NCBI RefSeq assembly: GCF_032444005.1
Contig: NC_091288.1
Span: 201,872,001-201,936,000, forward strand
DNA: 64,000 bases
Reading direction: 5' to 3'
From: Ranitomeya imitator
Lineage: Eukaryota
Part shown: in pieces, positions 1 through 12,366 of the stretch
How positions within the stretch are numbered: position 1 is the stretch's first letter
Layout of the letters: each line of letters opens with the position of its first letter
The notes under the pieces: model-generated
What the model saw: the letters and a program-made list of their open reading frames with translations, nothing else
Told to the model about the DNA's origin: nothing
The model's database searches: none
Program-made: the position numbers and the translations under genes

Positions 1-495
<495 letters not shown>

Positions 496-913
496 AGCTG
501 CCGAGGGCGGAGCTTATTATTGCTCCTTGCTCAAATTAGTTTCTCACCCAATAGAAAACGTTCGCTTTGGACCGAATAGATAAGGGGTGAAAACAGATAT
601 TTGTCTTGGAGCAGAAGGAAGTGCAGAAATATTCTGTTGATTTGTAGTTTGCACTTGTTGAATTTGTGTCTACTATCAGCCATAAATTGCACTGACAGTC
701 TGGTGGGTGAGGGGTTAATCCCTGTCAGTGCTTCTCCTCCGCTCCATCTGCACAGGAGGCGGCTCCTCACTCACCCGCTTATTACCCTGTGCAGATTCCC
801 TGTGGTGTCCGCGCTGATCCTATCACAGCCTGACTGAGACAAGTCTCCTATGTTCTGCCCGGAGCCTGATGTGACGCTGCCGGTCCCGGGTGGGGGAAGT
901 CGCCGCTTCTGTA

Positions 914-1262
914 TTGTATGATACAATATTGTTCTGCTCCAGGAAGACATCCAGGCCTCTCTTGAACCCCTCGACTGAGTTCGCCATCACCACCTCCTCA
1001 GGCAAGCAATTCCAGATTCTCACCGCCCTAACAGTAAAGAATCCTCTTCTATGTTGGTGGAAAAACCTTCTCTCCTCCAGACGCAAAGAATGCCCCCTTG
1101 TGCCCGTGGCCTTGGTATAAACCTTGGTATAAACAGATCCTCAGCGAGATATTTCTATTGTCCCCTTATATACTTATACATGGTTATTAGATCGCCCCTC
1201 AGTCGTCTTTTTCTAGACTAAATAATCCTAATTTCGCTAATCTATCTGGGTATTGTAGTTCT
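914..1262 (-). mobile_element. 5'-truncated CR1-clade LINE 3' end (ORF2 C-terminus); also about 21088, 42011, 62722
   Basis: Translates to [28 protein letters not shown]...LRLEERRF..HRRGFFTVRAVRIWNCLPEEVV...FKRGLD, the typical CR1 ORF2 tail. Confidence 0.88.
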
Positions 1263-1576
1263 CAATAGAATTGTAGTTCTCAATACCCAGATAGTGGTAA
1301 TGTTCTGAGCAGGGACACTCCGCAATCTTCTACACATGATCGTACATTTCCCATCACAGAGGGATCTGCTGGGAAGGGCAGAATTGGTCTTCCCTGAAAT
1401 GTCTCTTGTAGGATACGTCCCTGACCAGTATATCGTCTGCACAGTACTGATTGTGACGGGAAAGGGACGATCTGATCGTCTCCAGGTCAGGCACACGGGC
1501 ACATCACAGCATGTGGAGAACACGAATCAGTCTCTATATCTATGAGTGGAAACAGGAGCGAATACTGCACCGCTAA

Positions 1577-1790
1577 CCTGGAAATCTGCAGACTCCTGTG
1601 TGGGATGTAAGAGAGCAATGATCGCTCAACACAAGCAGATTTCCCGATATCGGTCCTGGGAGCACGTGTCATATGAAGACAAAGGACGGAAAAAAGCGGG
1701 AACTTTAAACTTTTTACCATTGGAAACATTAGCTCCTCCCTCTGCTGATTGGCTGAACACAGGACGGTTAGGGGGGTTTGAATTTCCCGC
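1577..1790 (-). promoter_or_regulatory. Orphan H4-type E2F/CCAAT module A
   Basis: cctccctctgctgattggctg...tttgaatttcccgc matches the H4b promoter; no gene downstream. Confidence 0.55.
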
Positions 1791-2089
1791 CGCTTCTAAA
1801 TGTAATGACGTCATTTACACTGTAAAAAGAATTCAATTAGGCTCTAGATCAACTCCACCGACCACCACAAATGGCTCCTGTTAACGGAGAAAGGAGAGTA
1901 ATGAACGAGACCCCAGAATGCCGAGATCTGTGCAGCAAGGGGTTAAATAAGTCCCTGAATACACATCAACTCACTGAGCAATGCCCAGATTATTCCTGAG
2001 GTTTTCTCACTATCTCCCTCGTCATCAGACGCAGAGCCCCGGGCGGTGCGAGCAGACACCTCGGGGAGACGGGAGAGGACACCGGAGCA

Positions 2090-2161
2090 GTGTGGGTGGC
2101 TCTTATAGTGAGGGTGTAGGTGGCTCTTATAGGGAGGGTGTGGGTGGCTCTTAGAAGAGCC
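2090..2161 (-). repeat. 24-bp tandem repeat of the H2B stem 3' arm plus spacer (3 arms here and at 22264-22335; 4 arms at 43169-43264 and 63880-63975)
   Basis: ggctc at 2098, 2122, 2146. Confidence 0.92.
2146..2161 (-). terminator. H2B histone stem-loop GGCTCT-TCTA-AGAGCC (also 22320, 43249, 63960)
   Basis: AAA before and ACCCA after the 6-bp stem on the minus strand. Confidence 0.95.
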
Positions 2162-2191
2162 TTTGGGGTGAGGAGCGGAGCACGGANNNNN

Positions 2192-2750
<559 letters not shown>

Positions 2751-3001
2751 TTCTCCAACTGATATTTCGCTTTTCAGCACCCTCCATATAGCGCTGTAAA
2801 ACACGTATAATGCTGAATACATCTAAATAGTGCTGTGAAGCGCCATATACCGCAGTGCACCCTCATATAGTGCTCTATGTGTTAATGTAGCTCTGTTTAC
2901 CCTTCATGTGCTGCAGTATACTCCAATATAGTGCTGCTATTCATCTGTATAGTGCAGAGTGCCCCCATATACTGCAACTTACTGACAAATGACTGTGCCA
3001 C

Positions 3002-3058
3002 TTCCAGAGCTCGGCCGTCATGGCCCTGCAGGAGGCCAGCGAGGCTTATCTGCTGGGG
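3002..3058 (+). pseudogene. Internal H3 coding fragment ([19 protein letters not shown]); also 23180-23236 and 44105-44161
   Basis: 55/57 identical to the reverse complement of H3 at 10721-10777. Confidence 0.9.
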
Positions 3059-3229
3059 AGTCTGGGGATGTACTAGATTTTCTCGGCACCACCATCCGCA
3101 TGTGGGGTGCTGCTGTAATCCCGTTCATTATCCTCATTTTTCCTCTGCACATTCCCACATCCAGCCAAGTGATCGCGGGGTCCAGTATACTCATCAGCAT
3201 TGCCAATACTTCGATATGTAGCAAAGAAG

Positions 3230-3800
3230 GAGTGGTGTAAAAATTTGGGGGGCATTTTGAGGGCAACCCAAACGTTGTGCCCCACCAAAAAATGTCCCGG
3301 TTGACCCAAAACATTCTGAAAAAAATTACCACACACTCTTATAGTGTTCCTCTACACACCCTGAGAATTTGTGGTCGACAGACCCAAACCGGGCTTAGCA
3401 GTGACCTTGCGCACCACAGACTTCAATGGGCAGGGTCACTTTGGGGAGTCTCTGCTCAGCCCAGTTTGTGGCTATCATCAACCCCAAATGTTCAGGGTGT
3501 GTAGCTCTAGTGGACCAGTGCTGTAAAAATTTAGGGGGCATTTTGAGATGACCCAAAACATATGCCCCTCCCCACCCCCAAACTTCTGAACAAATTACCC
3601 GACACTCTTGAATTGTTCCTCTACACACCCTGAACATTTGGGGTCGATGGGCACAAACTAGGCTGAGCAGTGACCCTGCGCGCGATAGGCTTCCATGGGC
3701 AGGGCAGCTTTGGGGGGTAACTGCTCAGCACAGATTGGGGCTATCGACTTCAAATTTTCATAGTGTGTAGAGGAATAATTCATGAGTGTGGGCTATTTTT
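3230..3800. mobile_element. Foldback MITE-like modules (about 170 bp, terminal inverted repeats GAATTGTTCCTCTACACAC)
   Basis: 3610-3781 has near-perfect 19-bp terminal IRs; related module at about 3345-3505; central cattgaagtc-type motif. Confidence 0.5.
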
Positions 3801-3828
3801 TTTCTGAATACCTTGCTCTATATACTGT

Positions 3829-4400
3829 ACACACTGCTCTAGATATTGTACACTGCTCTATATACTGTACACACTGCTCTATATATTGTATACTGCTCTA
3901 TATACTGTACACTGATTTACATACTGTACCCTCTCCTGTATATACTGTACACACTGCTACTGTACACTCTGGTCTATATACTGTGTACTCTGCTGTATAT
4001 ACTGTACACACTGCTCTATATACTGTACGCTCTGGTCTATAATACTGTACACTGCTGTATATACTGTTCACACTGCTCTATATACTGTACACTGCTCTAA
4101 ATACTGTACACACTGCTCTATATACTGTATATACTGTATATATACTGTATATATTGCTGTATATATACTGTATATATACTGTATATATTGCTGTATATAC
4201 TGTACAATCTGTTGCACAGTCTGTATACACTGCTGTATATACTGCATACTCTGCTCTATATACTGTACACACGGCACTATGCTATACACTGCTCTATATA
4301 CTGTACACTCTGGTCTATAAACTGGACACTGCTGTATATACTGTACTCTGCTTTATATACTGTACACACTGTTGTATATACTGTAGACTCTCCTCTATTA
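3829..4400 (+). repeat. Degenerate 17-21 bp satellite (CTGCTCTATATACTGTACA); also about 24007-24578 and 44932-45503
   Basis: Dozens of visible tandem copies. Confidence 0.93.
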
Positions 4401-4838
4401 TCTGTGACACTTATTACACTGCTGATCTGGGCTGTGCAGATGTGATGTTGTGCACTATATATACTATATACAGCTGTGTTCTCTGTGTAGACGCTGGATT
4501 TTGTGTCTCCGCTTTTCTCCCAATATTCCCCTTTTGCACAACAGTGGGGGTCACATACATGCATGAATATTTCCGTTTTCTCCCGAGATGTTCATGTGTT
4601 TGGTTGGGGAGTCGCGCTGTGCAGCTGTCGCCTCATCATCAGAGCTCTTCCCTCCATTACAGGCCGCAGCGGTCACAGCTTCACACTGGGTAAGACACGA
4701 TATCAGGCAGGTGATTGCAATCAGCCCCCGATATGGATCATCTACTGATGTGGAACACGTGTCCCCCCAATACTCTGCACATACGGGGTAGAGTGATATC
4801 ACAGGTCAGGGAGGTGGCAGTCAGCGGAGGCCGTCGCC

Positions 4839-5306
4839 TGTGTTACCCTTCTGGGTTCTCAGCAGCTCCAGCTGGTCCCCACATCGTACAATCAGCTTCC
4901 TGTGCGATAGACACTGGAGTAAAGATCCCTGTGATGGTGACAAGAGCCGGGAATAGGAGGAACGAGCTCCCGCAGCAGATTTATCTACCCGGACACACAG
5001 TGATGTGCAGATCGGGAGGACGGCGGCGATAATCTCCGCAATTTCTAGGCGTTTCCACTAGTGACGGCTACAAACGGTCGGTGGAGATGATGGAGAAGGA
5101 GAAGCGACGGAGGAATCGCGCTCTGCTGTCCGGTGTTAGCCGGTAAAGGGTTTTTATCCCGGGCAGGGAAGCACAAGGGGAGAGCGGAGCTTCACTACCT
5201 GCCAGCCCTTATGCCGAAGTGATCAGATTCTATTCTGTGTAATCCGCTCATGTAACCAATATTGGCGGAGGCTGCGGGGAGTTATAGATTTCATGTCTTA
5301 TAAAAG
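4839..5306 (+). promoter_or_regulatory. Orphan H1-type promoter (TG box 4839, AAGCACA 5169, CCAATATTGG 5256, TATAAAAG 5299) with no H1 CDS; also at +20175 and +41100
   Basis: Upstream part is an inverted copy of the H1 upstream region; AC-to-TATA distance is 130 nt in both. Confidence 0.6.
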
Positions 5307-5565
5307 CAGCTCAGCGGGTTATCGATTGTGCAGAGGTGTCAGTATGTGCATGTATATATGTGTATGTACATACCCCATACACCCTTGTATCATTTACCAA
5401 ATAGTACCGTAACAATGAACAGCATCAGCGGTTCCAGCTCCATAATGCAAACAGGGGGCAGCACAATAAGATGGGGGCAAACACCAGTATATGTCAGGAC
5501 TCGGGAGACTTAATGTTAGTCAGATAGGAGCTCTGCACTTCCGCAGCCATTTAATCTCATTCAAT

Positions 5566-6380
5566 GAGCCACCACCTCCTCCCCGCAGAGCTGTATGATC
5601 AGTGCCACCACCTTCTCCCAACAGAGCTGTATGATCAGTGCCACCACCTCCTCCTCGCAGAGCTGTATGATCAGTGCCACCACCTCCTCCCCGCAGAGCT
5701 GTATGATCAGAGCAACCACCTTCTCCCCACAGAGCTGTATGATCAGTGCCATCACCCACTCCCCGCAGAGCTGTATGATCAGTGCCACCACCTCCTCGCA
5801 GAGCTGTATGATCAGTGCCACCACCTCCTCCCCACGGAACTGTATGATCAGTGCCACCGCCTCCTCCCCGCAGAGCTGTATGATCAGTGCCACCACCTCC
5901 TCCTCGCAGAGCTGTATGATCAGTGCCACCACCTCCTCCCCGCAGAGCTGTATGATCAGAGCAACCACCTTCTCCCCACAGAGCTGTATGATCAGTGCCA
6001 TCACCCACTCCCCGCAGAGCTGTATGATCAGTGCCACCACCTCCTCGCAGAGCTGTATGATCAGTGCCACCACCTCCTCCCCACGGAACTGTATGATCAG
6101 TGCCACCGCCTCCTCCCCGCAGAGCTGTATGATCAGTGCCACCACCTCCTCCTCCCTGCAGAGCTGTATGATCAGTGCCACCACCTCCTCCTCCCTGCAG
6201 AGCTGTATGATCAGTGCCACCACCTCCTCCTCCCCGCAGAGCTGTATGATCAGTGCCACTACCTCCTCCCCGCAGAGCTGTATGATCAGAGCAACCACTT
6301 CCTCCCCAGCAGAGCTATATGATCAGTGCCACCACCTTCTCCCCACAGAGCTGTATGATCAGTGCCACCACCTTCTCCCC
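5566..6380 (+). repeat. 36-bp HDE minisatellite, plus orientation, about 22 units
   Basis: GCCACCACCTCCTCCCCGCAGAGCTGTATGATCAGT; 33- and 39-bp variants. Confidence 0.97.
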
Positions 6381-7941
6381 TTCATTGTCTGTTCTAGTTA
6401 TATGGAGATAATGGTCCTTGTATGCAATGTCCAGTAATGATTCCCGAGAGCAGCAGACGCTCCCTGAGGACCCATCTATGCCCAGCAGAGGACACTCATA
6501 GCCAGAGACCGGTACCGGGAGTTCCCTCTCCTCACGCTGCAGAACAGCAGAGCGGGCTGGGGACTAGTGACCGGTGTCACCCGCACTCAGAGCAGCCTGC
6601 AGCTGAAGGAGGAATCCCCCCTAACAAGGAATGTGCCAGTGACACCCTGACAGCGGAGAAAGGACAGGCAGAACACGCAGCAGCCGGGACTCTCCTCGCT
6701 GCGAGCTCCGGTACACAGAGGGGGGCAGGAAGTTCCGGGCTCAGGAGACGGGGACATCACCTGCCATGGGGTGTAAGGGGATGATCTGTAGCGCTGCATC
6801 TAATTATTGGGGGAAGCTCATTATCACTTACCAGACGCATTCAGGTGACATTAATGAGCCGCAGGCAGCGAGGCCGCCGAGTACTGTCCTCAATGGGGAG
6901 CAGCATTATAACAATGAGAATAACTTGCCCCCACTGTGATTTTCTTGTTATACGAATTGACGGTTTACTTTATTTTAATAACACTTGTATTGCAAATGAC
7001 AGAGATCATAAAACTTAGATATAACCTGTTTCTTCATATGAAGATTTACATTCACAGAACATTTATTATCTTCCCGTAGAAGATAATGACAACAGCTTAG
7101 ATGGATAAAACCATAAGCAATGGAGAAAGAACACAGAGAAAGAATTCCAAAACCTGTCATTCCTCAGTTGCTGGAGCTGTAGAATGATGGGCTGCACAGA
7201 TTTTAGAGGATCATCTCTTCATTGTAATAGCTGAATCATTGGAATAGTGATATCCAGCAGGAGACATATGTCAGGACTAATAGTAACAATGCAACAATGA
7301 GGCAGACTGAGGTGTGCACTGACTTGCAGAGAAGCAGCAGTAGTCTGAAGAAGCTGACAATTAAGAACAGCTGTGTACAACCATCTCCTATCTGTAAGCC
7401 GCTAGGAAATTAATTGTTAAACACTTATCTGCTTTTGGAGGCAAAAAAAGACGCTAAATGCTCCTGAGTAACCTCATATCTTGTATTTTACTAACATGTT
7501 TTTCTTTTCCCTTATTTAGGCTATTCAATTTTAGTTACCATATTACATTTCTCCTGTAACTCTGACCTGCTTGGACTGTTGTCTTTTCCTACACTTTTAT
7601 CATATTTGATCCTTTTTCTTACCCTATTAAAATTTATATTTACCGTCCCTCTTTTATTTATGTCTGATATAAAACTGTTTGTGTGTATTGATTATACTTT
7701 AAAAAACAAAAAAAACTACAAATCGCTCTGAGTTCAGTGGCTTTTTATTCCAGCTCTTGCTCCATGGATCGTCCGATACTTTGTGGTCTCGTATTAATTG
7801 AAGTTTATGATTCTCACTTTGTTTCTCCAAAGAAAACATTTATTTATTAAATGACTCCACGGTGATTTGGAAGGTGATTACAGGAGATTGCTGTTGGTGG
7901 ACTTTATATCACATCACAAGAAGCTGCGGAAACTACAACAA

Positions 7942-8166
7942 GCGGGAAATTCAAAATTCCTACCCGCCCTGTGTGCAGCCAATCTGCAGAGGAAGGGGAG
8001 GGGCTAACGTTAACCGTTTAGGAACGTGGAGTTCCCGCTGAGTGGCTGATGAATTTTCCGTTTTTTGTCTTTCTGTAGTTTCAGGACGATCAGATGTCCG
8101 AAAAGTGTTTGTGTGGAGCGATCAATGGTCACTTGTGTCCCATACAGGAGTTTATATATTTCCAGG
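7942..8166 (+). promoter_or_regulatory. Orphan H4-type E2F/CCAAT module B (inverted paralog of module A)
   Basis: gcgggaaattcaaa...agccaatctgcagaggaagggg; downstream body shared with module A. Confidence 0.55.
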
Positions 8167-8675
8167 ATCAAGGGAGAAGTATCCGCTTTCTATAATAGAA
8201 GGTGCAGAACTTTGCGACTATAGTGACTCCATCAGACCAGCAATATTCAGTGCAGGGAATATACAGAAACGAGGTCATGCAGATTAGAAACAATCTTAAA
8301 ATTGGGGTGGGGAGTCTAAAATGCTGATTAATGTTATCTAGGGAAACCTACTATAGAACTGTAAACTCCTGCAGTGAGAAGAATAACAGGAAATATCGCA
8401 GAGTAGATGGGCGCCCTGTATGGTCACATATGAGCATTCTTGCCGCATCCAGTCCCATCACACATCAATATCTTTGCGGATTATTCTAGTATTGGTCCTG
8501 ATCAGGGCGCACAGGGAAGGGGGGATGAGATTATTACATTTCCGCATATATGTATTTACTCCCCCACACACTGCAGACTGAGCCGCGAGTGACCCAGAGA
8601 CCAGATGTTACCGAGCACAAGTGATCCCTCCGGGCATAATTATATGTGAGGAATGAGCTCGTCTTGAGGGAGGAT

Positions 8676-8755
8676 TTGGTGGCTCTGAAAAGAGCCTTTG
8701 TGTTGTGGTCGGTGCCGGGGCAGATCTAAGCTCTCTCCCCACGGATCCGGCGGGC
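8676..8755 (-). pseudogene. H3 3' remnant: last 9 codons (ARRIRGERA*), 3' UTR and stem-loop; also 28851-28930 and 49563-49642
   Basis: Matches H3 3' end at about 10570-10648, then switches abruptly at 8756 to H4 downstream flank sequence. Confidence 0.92.
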
Positions 8756-8985
8756 TTGGGAAAACCAGGTTTGTCTTTCTAGGTCAAAATATTGGAAAAG
8801 ACTCTGGTCCCAGATCACACACTGCGGGCACATCCCAGAATCTGGATAATGCGGCTTCATTCCTTCGACCGGGAACCCACAGCATTAGTGGCTCAGTAAA
8901 GGTTCTAAACGATATATTAACTTTAAAACCACCAGGAACAAGAGCGCAGGAATAGGAAGGTGCAGCCTCTCACTGAGATGTGGGT

Positions 8986-9001
8986 GGCTCTGAAAAGAGC
9001 C
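8986..9001 (-). terminator. H4a stem-loop GGCTCT-TTTC-AGAGCC (also 29161, 49873)
   Basis: Canonical stem-loop; downstream GAGAGGCTG is HDE-like. Confidence 0.96.
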
Positions 9002-9031
9002 TTTGGGTTGTGAGGACAGAAGAGAACACAA

Positions 9032-9545
<514 letters not shown>

Positions 9546-10093
9546 TTGTGCTCTTATTTCCCCGCTTCTCTATTCTTCTCATCTCGGCGCCGCTGCTAGA
9601 TCTGTTGGTTATTTCGATTTTTTTTCATTGTTATTTATGTTGCTAGTTTCCAGCTTCTGCCAAATGTTAGCTAGTAGAATAAAAAATATATTCTAGGGAC
9701 AATAATCTACAGAAAACTCGTGATCCCCGGCAGTCACTCATCATTACACGTGGTGCCGGACTGGCGGCCATTACCGGTCCCTCAGAGCAGGGAGCTGCAT
9801 GTAACCAGTCACCCTGCGGCTCCAGCCCTGGAGAAGATGGGAAAAGTCAAATATACGAGAATTGCTTAACGACCCACCCACCACAAATGCGACCATCGCA
9901 GCACACGGGGGAGGGATCTGCTCAGACCAGTGTCAGGCAGAATAGATCACATAAAGGCGTCATCACCGATCTGAGGGACAAATGAGGTAATTAACAGAAA
10001 CTAAGCGCAGAGATCTCCGATCCGAACAAAAGAGAACAACCTAAAGCCGCAAGACTGAGGAGGCGGCACTAGGACCCAGCGCGTGCGACAGCA

Positions 10094-10245
10094 GATTGTG
10101 ATCGGTTATGATCCTCAGGAGCGCGAGCAGCAAATGAGCGGGAATTTCAAATCCACCAGCGGATCGGTAAATGACCACAAAACATCAGCATAAAGAACCG
10201 TTCTCAGGAACCGACCAATCACCGATTACTTTTACTCCATTAACT
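10094..10245 (+). promoter_or_regulatory. Orphan E2F/CCAAT/TATA-like module C
   Basis: gagcgggaatttcaaa, ccaat about 10215, ctccattaact about 10235. Confidence 0.5.
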
Positions 10246-10573
10246 CAATAGTGACCGCGTTCCTGCAGATCCACCCCATTTACGTCTGCACTGTATAGGA
10301 ACCGCACATCCACCACCGCAAACCCGGTTGTGCACTGTACACACTTTACGCGGTCCTTATAACACGTCGGTTTTGTTATAGATGTCGGACACTTTTGGAC
10401 TGGGCGAGAATAGAGAATGTGCAGAGCGATAACCAATATCGCTGATCACCTGCAATATCGGAAGCAGCAGCCTCCGTCCATTAACTGATCGACCGTGCCT
10501 GCGCTTCGTACACGGAGAATACGCGCAGAAAAGGGACTGCTCAGGAATCGGCTCATTTGGGAGAGACTTTGGT

Positions 10574-10589
10574 GGCTCTGAAAAGAGCC
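10574..10589 (-). terminator. H3 stem-loop (also 30750, 51462)
   Basis: Canonical GGCTCTTTTCAGAGCC ACCA. Confidence 0.96.
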
Positions 10590-10618
10590 TTTGTGTTGTG
10601 GTCGCAGCCGGGGCAGAT

Positions 10619-11230
<612 letters not shown>

Positions 11231-11437
11231 CTGAAGTCCCCGCCTCTTCCGTGATGCGTCTGTCCTCAGATCACTCATTTGCCGCTTGCTGGAGCAGCTG
11301 ATGTATTTGCGTTCAAATGTCCCCGTGTATAGCGCTGTACAGTGCAGCTCCCGCAATATCGACAGATCACACAAACCCCCCATCCTGAGACTGCGCCCAG
11401 CATCAGTTATATTACAAACATTAGAAGTCCGAGAACT

Positions 11438-12366
11438 AATCATACAGCTCTGCGGGGAGGAGGCGGTGGCACTGATCATACAGCTCTGTGGGGAGGAGGT
11501 GGTGGCTCTGATCATACAGCTCTGCGGGGAGGAGGTGGTGGCTCTGATCATACAGCTCTGTGGGGAGAAGGTGGTGGCACTGATCAAACAGCTCTGCTGG
11601 GGAGGAGGTGGCTCTGATCATACAGCTCTGTGGGGAGAGGTGGTGGCACTGATCATACAGCTCTGCTGGGGAGGAGGTGGTTGCTCTGATCATACAGCTC
11701 TGCGGGGAGGAGGTAGTGGCACTGATCATACAGCTCTGCGGGGAGGAGGTAGTGGCTCTGATCATACAGCTCTGCGGGGAGAATGTGATGGCTCTGATCA
11801 TACAGCTCTGCTGGGGAGGAGGTGGTGGCTCTGATCATACAGCTCTGTGGGGAGAAGGTGGTTGCTCTGATCATACAGCTCTGCGGGGAGGAGGTAGTGG
11901 CACTGATAATACAGCTCTGCGGGGAGGAGGTAGTGGCACTGATCATACAGCTCTGTGGGGAGAAGGTGGTTGCTCTGATCATACAGCTCTGCGAGGAGGA
12001 GGTGATGGCACTGATCATACAGCTCTGCGGGGAGGAGGTGGTGGCACTGATCATACAGCTCTGTGGGGAGAAGGTGGTTGCTCTGATCATACAGCTCTGC
12101 GGGGAGGAGGTGGTGGCACTGATCATACAGCTCTGCGAGGAGGAGGTGGTGGCACTGATCATACAGCTCTGCGGGGAGTGGGTGATGGCACTGATCATAC
12201 AGCTCTGCGGGGAGGAGGTGGTGGCACTGATCATACAGCTCTGCGGGGAGGAGGTGGTGGCACTGCTCATACAGCTCTGCGGGGAGTGGGTGATGGCACT
12301 GATCATACAGCTCTGCTGGGAGGAGGTGTTGGCACTGATCATACAGCTCTGCGGGGAGGAGGTGGT
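11438..12366 (-). repeat. 36-bp HDE minisatellite directly 3' of the H1 stem-loop, about 26 units
   Basis: First unit is the H1 spacer plus HDE itself. Confidence 0.97.

Larger units (their letters stand above)
3067..5195 (+). repeat. Left arm of long inverted duplication (partner 13232-15814); also 23245-25370 and 44170-46295
   Basis: End-to-end reverse-complement similarity, e.g. 3067 with 15814 and 5195 with 13232. Confidence 0.92.

Noticed and set aside
6422-6784. 120-aa GC-rich ORF after the ghost-locus array
   Set aside because: No recognisable domain, start context or processing signal; length expected by chance at this GC content
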